The notes under the pieces were generated by a model. The model was not told the DNA's origin. It worked only from the letters and a program-made list of their open reading frames with translations, and searched no databases. From Chloroflexota bacterium (GTDB taxonomy: Bacteria > Chloroflexota > Dormibacteria > Dormibacterales > Dormibacteraceae): 64,000 nt of DNA. Position numbers and translations under genes: made by a program. Shown in pieces: positions 46,036 to 54,712 of the stretch (positions are counted from its first letter, which is position 1; each line of letters starts with the position of its first letter). The DNA lies in NCBI GenBank assembly GCA_005888075.1, contig VBKD01000174.1:2057-66056 (forward strand), written 5' to 3'.

Positions 46036-46626
46036 ATGGGGACCGATCGGTTGCTCAGGCGGGTGATCCTAGCCGGACTGATCGTGTTGGCCGCGGGTGT
46101 GTTCAACCGATACGCGCTGGTATCCGGCGACAACGCAATCCGCCTCCCGTCCGAGGGTCAGCCCTTTTCGGCTTCTGAGGCGAATTGGAGCCGACGCTGG
46201 GCTGAGGCTGGCGGGGGCACCGGCGAATGCCGGCGGATCGAAATCGACCTGACCAGACAGGAGCTTGTCGCCTGGAGCTGTGGTCGCGTGTTCGTGTCGA
46301 CGCCGATCACGTCCGGCATGCCTGGATTGCGGACGCCTACCGGCACCTTCGCAATCATCTGGAAGCAACGTGATGTCTACTTCCAGAGTCCGTGGCCACC
46401 AGACAGCCCTTACTACTACCCGCCGATGTTCGTCGCGTACGCGCTGGAGTTCCTGGACGGCGGGTACTTCATTCACACGGATCCCGAGGAGCCGGCAAGC
46501 GCGTACGGCGGAGGTTCAGAGAATGGTTCATACGCCAGCCACGGCTGCGTGCACGTGCCGGATGGGGCCATGTCAGGCCTCTTCAGCTGGGCGGCCACCG
46601 GAACGACGGTGCAAATCCACTACTGA
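46036..46626 (+). CDS. L,D-transpeptidase (YkuD domain)
   Basis: 196-aa ORF with a TM/signal anchor, IEIDLTRQELVAW, TPTGTFAI, and the catalytic HTDP...SHGCVHVP motif. Confidence 0.85.
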   Translation: MGTDRLLRRVILAGLIVLAAGVFNRYALVSGDNAIRLPSEGQPFSASEANWSRRWAEAGGGTGECRRIEIDLTRQELVAWSCGRVFVSTPITSGMPGLRTPTGTFAIIWKQRDVYFQSPWPPDSPYYYPPMFVAYALEFLDGGYFIHTDPEEPASAYGGGSENGSYASHGCVHVPDGAMSGLFSWAATGTTVQIHY

Positions 46627-46646
46627 CCGGCGCCTGGAGCGTGGCG

Positions 46647-47616
46647 TCAGGCGACGAGGTGCTCCCAGCCTGCGACCCGACGGACCACCTTTTCGTAGTC
46701 GCCGACCATCCGCTCGGTTGAGAAGCGCTCGCTCGCCCACTGCCGGCAGGCCAGAGGGCGCATCTCACCGAGGCGGTGGCACGCTTCGACCAGGTCGTCC
46801 TCATCGTCCGAGAGGAATCCATGGGTGCCGCTGACCATCAGCTCGGGAAGGGAGCCTCGGGGTCTCGAGATGACTGGTGTCCCGCAAGCGAGGGACTCGA
46901 TGAAGGTCAGGCCGAACGGCTCGTCCCACGCGACCGGCAGCAGAAGCGCCAACGCATCTCCGGCGGATTGCGATCTTGATCGCGGCGACCGGGTCTTTGT
47001 CTGGAGAGATCCGGCCGAGGAAAACCAGGTATCCACCCTTGCCCTGACCCAGCTGATAGGACTCGGAGAGGTCAAGGCCGTGATAAACCGTGCCGACCCA
47101 GGTGAGCGGCAAGCTGGACACCGGATTGCGCTGGGCATCGCTGATCGACACCAGGGCTCGATCCGGATAGTGGCCAAGCAGACGGCGCCACTCCGGTAGG
47201 TCGAGCCTGCCGTGCAGCGTCGTGATGACAGGCGCCTGCAGACGGCCGCCGGCAAGCCACGGCAGGGAGTCCACGTGCGAATGAATGACATGGAAGTCAC
47301 CGGACTCGCGCACGACCTCCTCAACCTGAAGGGCGCGGTACGCCAGCGGATCGGTCAGGTCCATCTCCCAAAGTGGAGCGGGGCTCACAGCCCGAAACTG
47401 GGCCGAGGTTTCCGATCCGCCGGGCCCGAAGAGCGTCACCTGATGGCCGCGCTTCACCAGGCCCTCGGTCAGCGCATGGACGACGCGCTCGGTGCCGCCG
47501 TAATTCTCGGGTGGGATCCGCACGAACAGTGGAGCCACCTCAGCGATTCGGAGCCGAAGACCGCTCGCGGATCGGCGCCCGCGTGGGCGACCGGTGTGGG
47601 GGACATTCGCAGCCAT
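46647..47616 (-). pseudogene. GT4-family glycosyltransferase disrupted by an internal out-of-frame deletion
   Basis: The N-terminal part is in ORF 46801..47661 (IAEVAPLFVRIPPENYGGTERVVHALTEGLVKRGHQV...YLVFLGRISPDKDPVAAIKIAIRR). The C-terminal part is in the other frame, ORF 46647..47324 (GDALALLLPVAWDEPFGLTFIESLACGTPVIS...). About 50 residues that normally separate these blocks are absent at ~46970. Confidence 0.7.
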
Positions 47617-47783
47617 GGAGCTACCCGCGAAATGTGATTGACCATACCTCCCATCTCGCACTCGCCGTAACTGGTGATTTCGTGTCGCGAAGCTTTATCG
47701 CAATTTCACCAATTGCTGGCTCTCTAGAGGCGCGGTTATGGTCGAGACAAGTCGGCATCGGGCTATTTGGGGGAAATCTGGCA

Positions 47784-48233
47784 ATGGCTTTTGCGAGGCC
47801 GTCGACGTTGAAGTTCCGGATCATCAGTCGCCGAGATTCACGTGTCCTCTTGGTCGAGCGCGATCACGCGACGGCAGAGATGTACAAGCTGGGTCTGCTT
47901 TTGCAGGGTTTCTCGGTGGATGTGGCTGCCGACGGCGAAGAGGGTATTCAGAGAGTCCTCGGCGGAGAGCTGCCTGATGTCATCGTCCTGGACCTGGGCT
48001 TGCCGAGGATCGATCAATGGACGCCCCGGAAGGATGAGCTCGAAATGCTCGCCACGCTCCGGTCCCTTCGACTGACCCAATCGATTCCGGTCGTGGCCTT
48101 GTCGAATAACCCTGAGGGCTTTGACGACGCCCTGCAGCATGGCGCCACCGAATGCATCGCGAAGTGGCGGATCACGCCGAGGGACCTGGCCACTGAGGTT
48201 CACAGCCTGGTGCGCCGGTCCGATGAGTTTTGA
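47784..48233 (+). CDS. Single-domain response regulator (receiver only), paralog 2
   Basis: This is the 3' part of ORF 47373..48233, starting at the ATG at 47784. Motifs RVLLVERD, VIVLDLGLPRIDQ..., VVALSNN and IAKW. It is a clear paralog of 45616..46020, with a ~12-aa insertion after the phospho-acceptor Asp. Confidence 0.8.
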   Translation: MAFARPSTLKFRIISRRDSRVLLVERDHATAEMYKLGLLLQGFSVDVAADGEEGIQRVLGGELPDVIVLDLGLPRIDQWTPRKDELEMLATLRSLRLTQSIPVVALSNNPEGFDDALQHGATECIAKWRITPRDLATEVHSLVRRSDEF

Positions 48234-48876
48234 CGTTGAGATTGCCGGGGGGTTAGCGAGAGGGAGAGAGGGTCGGCCTCCGGTTACAGCCTGGCGGACG
48301 CAGTCGATCGCCACGGAGGTCGTCGGCAACTGGTGGGCGCTGGCCACGCGCGGCGTGGTCAGCGTCGCCTTCGGAGTCGCGGCGCTCGCCTGGACCGGGA
48401 TCACAGTGGTCGGCCTGGCGGGACTCGTCTCAATTTATCTTCTGACAAGCGGCGCCTTTGCGCTGATAGGCGGCTCGGATGGGCACTCCTGGCCGATGAT
48501 GCTCGAAGGCGCCGTCGACATCTTTGCGGGGATCGTCCTGCTGGGCTGGACGGGCATCAGCTCCCTCACGCCGATGCTCTTTGTGGCCGGCTGGGCGGTG
48601 ACGGTGGGTGCGGTCCAGATTTGGGGCGCTTTCCTCATGAGTGAGCCGGTCGCGCGCGGGTGGCCGCTCATGCTGACCGGAATCGCGTCGATGGTCTTCG
48701 CGATCGTGATCGTCGCGTATAAGTGGGTGGAGCTGCCGGCCAGGTTCGCCGTCATGGGCGAATACGCGGTGTTCTCGGGTGTGCTCGCGCTGGTGATGGC
48801 CGCGGGGATGATTGCCCGGACGTTCGCGAGTTGGCGAGAGGCGCGCATGACAACGACCCACCGGTTGGAGCCGTGA
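48223..48876 (+). CDS. HdeD/DUF308-type membrane protein
   Basis: This is the 3' part of ORF 48121..48876. The ATG at 48223 overlaps the RR 3' end by 11 nt. Repeated TM hairpins: WWALATRGVVSVAFGVAALAW, VDIFAGIVLLGW, LTGIASMVFAIVIV. Confidence 0.7.
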   Translation: MSFDVEIAGGLARGREGRPPVTAWRTQSIATEVVGNWWALATRGVVSVAFGVAALAWTGITVVGLAGLVSIYLLTSGAFALIGGSDGHSWPMMLEGAVDIFAGIVLLGWTGISSLTPMLFVAGWAVTVGAVQIWGAFLMSEPVARGWPLMLTGIASMVFAIVIVAYKWVELPARFAVMGEYAVFSGVLALVMAAGMIARTFASWREARMTTTHRLEP

Positions 48877-49973
48877 CGACTGCCCTGGCGGTCGCTGAAA
48901 GCGTTATCGGCAGTCCGGCAATTCTGCTCGTAGCGATCCTCATCGCCCTGGCCATCGTCGAGATCTTCTTTCACTTCCTCAGGCGCGTTGGGCGTCGGTG
49001 GTCCGACCGCAGCGTCGCCATCGCGATCAGCCGTCGAGGTTGGTGGCCCGGGCGTGTTCTGCTGCCGTCCGCTGCGTGCGAGCTGGTCCTTCCCATCTCG
49101 AACATTCCTCCACCGATGTACGGCATCGTGCAGCACGTAATCACCCTGGTGATTATCGGAGCCACGGCATGGGCGATCGTCGCCCTTTCCTTCGCTCTTG
49201 AAGATGTAGCCGTAGCGCGGTTTCGAATCGACGTCCAGGACAACTTCAGGGCGCGACGCGTGCGTACCCGCGTCAACGTGTCGCGCCGCATAACTGTTGT
49301 CGTCGCCAGCGTGCTGGCGCTCGCTGCCAGTCTGACAACCTTCGACAGCGTGCGGTCGCTTGGGGCCAGCCTGCTCGCCTCGGCAGGAATTGCCGCTGTG
49401 ATCATCGGGATCGCCGCCCGGCCGACCCTGTCCAATCTGATCGCGGGACTGCAGATCTCTTTTGCCGAACCAGTGCGAATCGACGACGTGGTTGTGGTCG
49501 AAGGCGAGTGGGGACGGGTGGACGAGATAACGCTGAACTACATCGTGGTGCACACGTGGGATGAACGATCCTTGGTGCTTCCAGTCACGTACTTTCTCGA
49601 CCGTCCATTCCAGAACTGGACACGGCACTCGGCTCACTTGGTGGCGGCGGTCAATGTAGCTGTCGACTTCACCATTCCGGTTGAGACGGTCCGCGACCAA
49701 CTTCGGATGATCCTGGAACGGTCTCAGCTGTGGGATCGACGAAGTTGGAACCTGCAGGTCACGGACATCGGCAAAGACGCGGTCGAGCTTCGCGCTCTTA
49801 TGACGGCGCGGGACGCGGGAACGGCGTGGGACTTGCGCTGCGAGGTGCGCGAGGAACTGCTCAAGTTTCTACAACAAAGGCTCCAAAGCGGATTGCCAAG
49901 GCGGCGGATCGACGTCATGGAAAACCGAATCGAGGCCTACGCCGAGCAATTGGCACACGGAAACCATCGATGA
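48873..49973 (+). CDS. Small-conductance mechanosensitive channel (MscS family)
   Basis: This is the 3' part of ORF 48723..49973. The GTG at 48873 overlaps the upstream stop (GTGA). The pore helix and beta domain read LLASAGIAAVIIGIAARPTLSNLIAGLQISFAEPVRIDDVVVVEGEWGRVDEITLNYIVV. Confidence 0.85.
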   Translation: MTTALAVAESVIGSPAILLVAILIALAIVEIFFHFLRRVGRRWSDRSVAIAISRRGWWPGRVLLPSAACELVLPISNIPPPMYGIVQHVITLVIIGATAWAIVALSFALEDVAVARFRIDVQDNFRARRVRTRVNVSRRITVVVASVLALAASLTTFDSVRSLGASLLASAGIAAVIIGIAARPTLSNLIAGLQISFAEPVRIDDVVVVEGEWGRVDEITLNYIVVHTWDERSLVLPVTYFLDRPFQNWTRHSAHLVAAVNVAVDFTIPVETVRDQLRMILERSQLWDRRSWNLQVTDIGKDAVELRALMTARDAGTAWDLRCEVREELLKFLQQRLQSGLPRRRIDVMENRIEAYAEQLAHGNHR

Positions 49974-50004
49974 ATGCTTCGGTAACGGGTCGGATGGTTC
50001 CGAC

Positions 50005-51486
50005 GTGATGGAGCCTCGCGGGCTGCCTTTCAGCGAAGGCTGGCCGGTCGGTGTCGCCGTCTATCACCCGCATCTGGTTGAGGTGCCGGTCACGGCCGTC
50101 TCGCCCGGCCTGTTCAAACAAGTCTTGAGTCCATCCGCGTTTCGGGATCTGGTCGCGGCCCTCGTGGGAGCGAGGTCGAGACTTGGGCAGAGGGTGGTCT
50201 GGAACGTGAACTCGACCTCACGAGGCGGGGGCGTCGCCGAGATGCTCCAGTCCCTGATCGCGTACGCGCGTGGCGCAGGCATCGACATCCGCTGGTTGGT
50301 GATCCAGGGGAACCCTGAATTCTTCAGAGTCACCAAGCGGATCCACAACCAGATCCAGGGCTTCCCGGGGGACGGGGGAGAGCTGGGCGATAGGGAACAC
50401 GACGCTTACGAGCAGTCACTGCTGGACTCTGGCCGTGAGCTCAAAGGCATGGTTCGCCCGGGCGACATCGTCCTGCTGCACGATCCTCAGACCGCCGGCC
50501 TCGCACCAGAGCTGAAGGAGGCCGGAGCCAGAGTGGTCTGGCGATGCCATGTAGGCATTGATTCGCCAAACGAGTGGGCGCTCAAGGCCTGGGAATTCCT
50601 GGGCCCCTACCTTCAGGACGCGGACGTGTATGTGTTCTCCCGCTCCACCTTTGCATGGAAGGCTCTCGATCCGGCGAAGATCGCGATCATTCCGCCGTCA
50701 ATCGACCCGTTCACGCCCAAGAACAACGTGCTCACTCAAGCCAGGATTGCGGCCATTCTGATCCAGGCGGGTCTGCTGAACGGGTATGCGGCCGCAACGC
50801 CTTACTACGTTCGCCCCACCGGCACCATCGGGCTGGTGGAACGGCGTGCCGAGATCCTCGAGGTAGCGACGCCGCGCCCATACGAGCGACTGGTGGTGCA
50901 GGTCTCGCGGTGGGACCGGCTGAAGGATCCACTCGGCGTTCTGAACGGATTCGTCAACCACGTGGCGCGTGAACACGGAGCTCACCTGGTGCTCGCCGGG
51001 CCCGAGGTCGGGGCGGTCGCGGATGATCCCGAAGGCGCTGTGGTGCTCGATGAGGTAACGCAGGCCTGGAGAGCGCTGCCTGAATCGGAACGCGAGCGGG
51101 TGCACCTCGTGTGTCTGCCAATGCAGGATGCCGAAGAAAACGCGGTGATCGTCAACGCACTCCAGAGGCGCGCTGAGGTCGTGGTCCAGAAGAGCCTCGC
51201 CGAAGGGTTCGGGCTGACCGTCTCGGAGGCCATGTGGAAAGGGCGCCCTGTGGTCGCCAGCAGGATCGGAGGGATCCAGGACCAGGTCGAGCAAGACAAG
51301 ACCGGCCTGCTGCTCAACGATCCGACCGACCTTCAAGAGTTTGGTGCGGCGGTCTCACATCTCCTGATTGACGCGGACCGCGCCAATCAGATGGGGGCGG
51401 CCGCCGAGGAACATGTGCGAGAGAACTTTCTCAACGACCGCCACCTCAAGCAATACGCGGACCTGCTCGGGCGCCTGGATCGATGA
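50005..51486 (+). CDS. GT4-type glycosyltransferase, trehalose synthase (TreT)-like
   Basis: 493-aa ORF. N-terminal WNVNSTSRGGGVAEMLQSLIAYARGAGIDIRWLVI and C-terminal VVQKSLAEGFGLTVSEAMWKGRPVVASRIGGIQDQV resemble the TreT-like subgroup (from memory). Confidence 0.75.
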   Translation: MMEPRGLPFSEGWPVGVAVYHPHLVEVPVTAVSPGLFKQVLSPSAFRDLVAALVGARSRLGQRVVWNVNSTSRGGGVAEMLQSLIAYARGAGIDIRWLVIQGNPEFFRVTKRIHNQIQGFPGDGGELGDREHDAYEQSLLDSGRELKGMVRPGDIVLLHDPQTAGLAPELKEAGARVVWRCHVGIDSPNEWALKAWEFLGPYLQDADVYVFSRSTFAWKALDPAKIAIIPPSIDPFTPKNNVLTQARIAAILIQAGLLNGYAAATPYYVRPTGTIGLVERRAEILEVATPRPYERLVVQVSRWDRLKDPLGVLNGFVNHVAREHGAHLVLAGPEVGAVADDPEGAVVLDEVTQAWRALPESERERVHLVCLPMQDAEENAVIVNALQRRAEVVVQKSLAEGFGLTVSEAMWKGRPVVASRIGGIQDQVEQDKTGLLLNDPTDLQEFGAAVSHLLIDADRANQMGAAAEEHVRENFLNDRHLKQYADLLGRLDR

Positions 51487-51530
51487 ACCGAGCGTTGCCG
51501 GCGGCCATTTGAACAGCTAGGAGGCATGGT

Positions 51531-51995
51531 ATGGCGATCGATCGTTGGAGTCCGTTTGGTGAGCTGACCAGTCTGCAGGCCAGGATGGATCGGCTGTTCG
51601 ATGAGCTGTCGGATACAGGTTCAGCCGGCCTGATGCCGACGTTTCGCCTTCCGATCGACGTGGCGGAAACGGACAACAGCTACCTCATCAAGGCACCTGT
51701 TCCTGGGTTCAAGCCGGAAGACGTGGAGGTAACCGTCACCGGCAACACGCTCTCGATCAATACGAAACACTCCGAGGAGAAGACGGAGCAGGAAGACAAC
51801 TACCTCAGGCGTGAGATGGCGTATGGAAACTTCCAGCGCCAGATCATGCTCCCCCAGGATGCGCGGGCGGAGAACATCAAAGCCACATTCGACAAGGGGG
51901 TGCTGACGGTTGAGGTGCCGCGCACTCCAAAACCGAGGCCGCAGCGAATCGAGGTGCGCGCCGAGGGGCAGAAGCAGGAGAAATCAGTGGCCTGA
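51531..51995 (+). CDS. Small heat-shock protein (Hsp20/alpha-crystallin)
   Basis: 154-aa ORF behind TAGGAGG. Motifs PIDVAETDNSYLIKAPVPGFKPEDVEVTV and GVLTVEVPR. Confidence 0.9.
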   Translation: MAIDRWSPFGELTSLQARMDRLFDELSDTGSAGLMPTFRLPIDVAETDNSYLIKAPVPGFKPEDVEVTVTGNTLSINTKHSEEKTEQEDNYLRREMAYGNFQRQIMLPQDARAENIKATFDKGVLTVEVPRTPKPRPQRIEVRAEGQKQEKSVA

Positions 51996-52010
51996 CGGCC
52001 AGCGGTTAAT

Positions 52011-52039
52011 GGGCCGCCGCCGAACACCCGCGGCGGCCC
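52011..52039 (+). terminator. GC-rich hairpin downstream of hsp20
   Basis: GGGCCGCCGC-(9 nt)-GCGGCGGCCC is a perfect 10-bp stem, 16 nt after the hsp20 stop. Confidence 0.55.
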
Positions 52040-52077
52040 GCATCCAACCACGTAACCAACCTTGGTACTCCCGGGAG

Positions 52078-52104
52078 CCGGCCGCCGCGCCAAGCGGCGG
52101 CCGG
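52078..52104 (-). terminator. GC-rich hairpin downstream of the beta-propeller gene
   Basis: CCGGCCGCCGC-GCCAA-GCGGCGGCCGG is a perfect 11-bp stem, 10 nt beyond the stop of 52114..53247. Confidence 0.55.
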
Positions 52105-52113
52105 TCGATCAGA

Positions 52114-53247
52114 TCAATCCTCGCGTGACAGACGCAAGACCATTCCGTTCGCGGTTGTGGAGAAGGCGCCGTTCACCGTCACGTAGATGGCTCCGTCGCG
52201 ACCCTGTGCGATTCCGGCGGGAAATGGAATCTGTCCTCCGCCGATGTGCTGTGGGTGCTTCGGATCGTTGTGACGAATGCGCACGACATCGCCGGGAGGC
52301 CCTGCCGCGTTGGAATTGAACATCTCGGTCGCCCAGAAGTTGCCGGAGCGATCGAACGCGCATGAGGTGATGGTCGTCAAACCGGTGGACCAAACCTTGG
52401 CCGCTTCGAAGACTCCTGCGTTGCCATCGAGACTGATGCGGTACACCTTGGACCAACCCTGGTTGGGATCGGTGAAGTTGCGCAGCAAGTCCAGTGTTCC
52501 GACATACAGGGCTCCGTCTGGACCCTGCGCGGCGCACGTTGGCGTGGCGTCGGCGCTCGGCAAGCCGGCGACCGGCGTCGGGTTCGGAATGTACGCGATC
52601 AGATGGTTCGTCCCATCCGCCCCGACCCAGCTCACGGTGTTGGCGCCGGCGTCGACGACGATGACGACGCTCGAGTTCTTGTCACCCCGCGCCACCAGCA
52701 CGCCGTAAGGGTTCGAGTCCGGGAAATCGTTCGGGGCGAGGTTCTTGTGTGCATTGGTCCACTCCCATTGCTGGTCCCCGACATCGCTGCGATCAGTCGC
52801 GGCGCCGTTGGCCGGGTTCAGCTGGTAGAGGTGTCCGATCTGCGGCGCCGGGACCTCGTGGTGGTTGAGGCCCATGATCATCAAGACCTGGCTGCCTCGT
52901 GCGCTCATGCCCGAGGGACCGATCGTTTCGGGCGCGCCGTGCGCGTGCGTGTAGGCGGAGTTGAAGCCCTTGGACCAAGATCTGGACCAGGTGTCCTCCG
53001 CAAGCTTGTACTTGTCAACCGCTCCGGTGGTCGTCAGCCCTGCGAAATCGGCGCCAGGCAAGCCGGCTTCCGCCACGTACATCGCTCCGCTTCCGTCGAA
53101 CGTTATCCCTCGCGGATTCTTCAAGTTCCATATAACCGGACTGACTTCCCATGACGGGCCTGCCGCGAAGGCGCTTCCAGTGGCCAGGAACAGCGAGCCT
53201 GCCAGCGCCAGAGCGCCTGCGATGAGCACATGTTTGGATCGATGCAT
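52114..53247 (-). CDS. Secreted beta-propeller protein (ScyD/ScyE-like, from memory)
   Basis: 377-aa ORF with the signal peptide MHRSKHVLIAGALALAGSLFLATGSAFA. Repeated blades include NPRGITFDGSGAMYVAE, DGALYVGT and GRDGAIYVTV. Confidence 0.65.
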   Translation of the reverse strand: MHRSKHVLIAGALALAGSLFLATGSAFAAGPSWEVSPVIWNLKNPRGITFDGSGAMYVAEAGLPGADFAGLTTTGAVDKYKLAEDTWSRSWSKGFNSAYTHAHGAPETIGPSGMSARGSQVLMIMGLNHHEVPAPQIGHLYQLNPANGAATDRSDVGDQQWEWTNAHKNLAPNDFPDSNPYGVLVARGDKNSSVVIVVDAGANTVSWVGADGTNHLIAYIPNPTPVAGLPSADATPTCAAQGPDGALYVGTLDLLRNFTDPNQGWSKVYRISLDGNAGVFEAAKVWSTGLTTITSCAFDRSGNFWATEMFNSNAAGPPGDVVRIRHNDPKHPQHIGGGQIPFPAGIAQGRDGAIYVTVNGAFSTTANGMVLRLSRED

Positions 53248-53409
53248 ACGAGTTCCTCTCCTAGCAAAAGGTCACGAACCCATCGGCGCGGCGCGCCAGA
53301 CGCCACCTCTCTCTGGCACGCTCCGTGTCCCGGCGGTCGGGGCAAGCCTAACTCCCGCCGGACGGAAATGAACTAGGACAAGACTCCCACTCCCTCTGAG
53401 CGGGTTGGA

Positions 53410-54441
53410 TCAGGCTTTCAGGTAGGCATCCAGCAGTGAATTGAGGTCCGGGCGGTCGTTCAAGACGTAGCCTTTGGCGCCGGCCCCCACGACCGAGCGT
53501 GTCAGGCCGGCCTGGCGGAGGACGACCATGTGCTGGTGAATTGTCGATTTGGCAAGGCTTAGCTGTTCCGCGATATCGCTGAGGCTCGACTCGCCGTTCG
53601 ACAGCTGTCGCAGGATGCGCAGCCTGGTCTCATCGCCGAGCGCCTTGTAAACCTGTACGAGCTCGGCGTCGGGGGCGACCTCGGCGCTGGCGGGGAAGAA
53701 GAAGTACTTCGAACCCTCGTGTTCCGAGATGTCAACCCAGGGCCGGTTGAGGACAGTGGGGATCAAGAGAATGGACTTGATCCAGGGTTCTGGCCGGTAC
53801 TCCACCCCTCGGGTCACACGCACGATCAAGCGGTCGGCCGGCATCTGTTTCGACAGTCGGGCAGCGGCCTGCGCCGAGGCCTTTAGCTCCGCTTCGAGCG
53901 GCGGCCCGACCTCGCTGAAGATCTCACGGTCGAAGCGCTCGATGACATTCGCCACGTCGTCGGCCAGAGCTTGCGGATCGGCGTCGAGCGCTCTCTCGGC
54001 TGCCTCGCGCGAGCCTTTATGCACCTGCTTTAGAAACTCACGCCTCGCGCCGGCGTCACCTCGAAGGAGCGCTTCGCTCACCTGAGGTTCGGCGTGGAGA
54101 ACTGATCGCTTCGCTTCTCCCTTGGTGTCGCGGCGGAGCCGCGCCACCAGCGAGGCGACGCTCTTGCCGCCGGACTCCCGCGCGAGGCCGGCCAGCCCTA
54201 CGAAGGCATAACCCTCCCTGCCGACGAGCCATCGCGCCTTGTCGCGCAGCTCAGGGGAGGCCTTGCGCCGCATCGACTTGATCCACTCCTCGCCCACTTC
54301 GTAGCTGCCCGGGGCCTCGTCTCCGAGGAAAAGCCCAAGGGCGATCAGGACCTCGTACGCGAGACCCCAATCGGCCTCGACTGGCAGCTGCCTTGCAACG
54401 GGGACCCCCCTGACTCGCTGGGGGCTTGACGGAATAGGCAT
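53410..54441 (-). CDS. ArsR-family HTH regulator with a large N-terminal helical domain (DUF5937-like, from memory)
   Basis: 343-aa ORF. The C-terminal VYKALGDETRLRILRQLSNGESSLSDIAEQLSLAKSTIHQHMVVLRQAGL is an ArsR/SmtB wHTH. Confidence 0.8.
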   Translation of the reverse strand: MPIPSSPQRVRGVPVARQLPVEADWGLAYEVLIALGLFLGDEAPGSYEVGEEWIKSMRRKASPELRDKARWLVGREGYAFVGLAGLARESGGKSVASLVARLRRDTKGEAKRSVLHAEPQVSEALLRGDAGARREFLKQVHKGSREAAERALDADPQALADDVANVIERFDREIFSEVGPPLEAELKASAQAAARLSKQMPADRLIVRVTRGVEYRPEPWIKSILLIPTVLNRPWVDISEHEGSKYFFFPASAEVAPDAELVQVYKALGDETRLRILRQLSNGESSLSDIAEQLSLAKSTIHQHMVVLRQAGLTRSVVGAGAKGYVLNDRPDLNSLLDAYLKA

Positions 54442-54484
54442 TCGGTATCTACAGTATAAATCGTTCGGTACTTACCGAACGATT
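54441..54484. promoter_or_regulatory. Candidate operator: 12-2-12 perfect inverted repeat plus an extra half-site
   Basis: AATCGTTCGGTA-CT-TACCGAACGATT lies at 54459-54484. A third TTCGGTA copy at 54441-54447 overlaps the arsR-like start codon. The element sits between divergent genes. Confidence 0.55.
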
Positions 54485-54496
54485 CAGGAGGCACAG

Positions 54497-54661
54497 ATGA
54501 GCTGGTACGAGCGAGAGCTGATGGCCAAGTCGCGACAGCAGGAGCTGGAAAGAGAAGTCGATTACCGGCGCCGTACGAGCGAGACACATCGTTCGCGGCG
54601 GCCGCTTCACTACTGGCTGCTCGTCGCGTTGCGAAGCTGGATCATCGGGATCGCCCGCTAG
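54497..54661 (+). CDS. Small tail-anchored membrane protein (54 aa)
   Basis: It is not in the ORF track because it is shorter than 60 aa. The ATG lies 7 nt after AGGAGG: MSWYERELMAKSRQQELEREVDYRRRTSETHRSRRPLHYWLLVALRSWIIGIAR*. It has a charged helix followed by one C-terminal TM segment. Confidence 0.5.
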   Translation: MSWYERELMAKSRQQELEREVDYRRRTSETHRSRRPLHYWLLVALRSWIIGIAR

Positions 54662-54712
54662 ACGGCATAGGGCAATCGTAAGGTCACCGCGCCTATCGTC
54701 CTCCGGCCAGGA

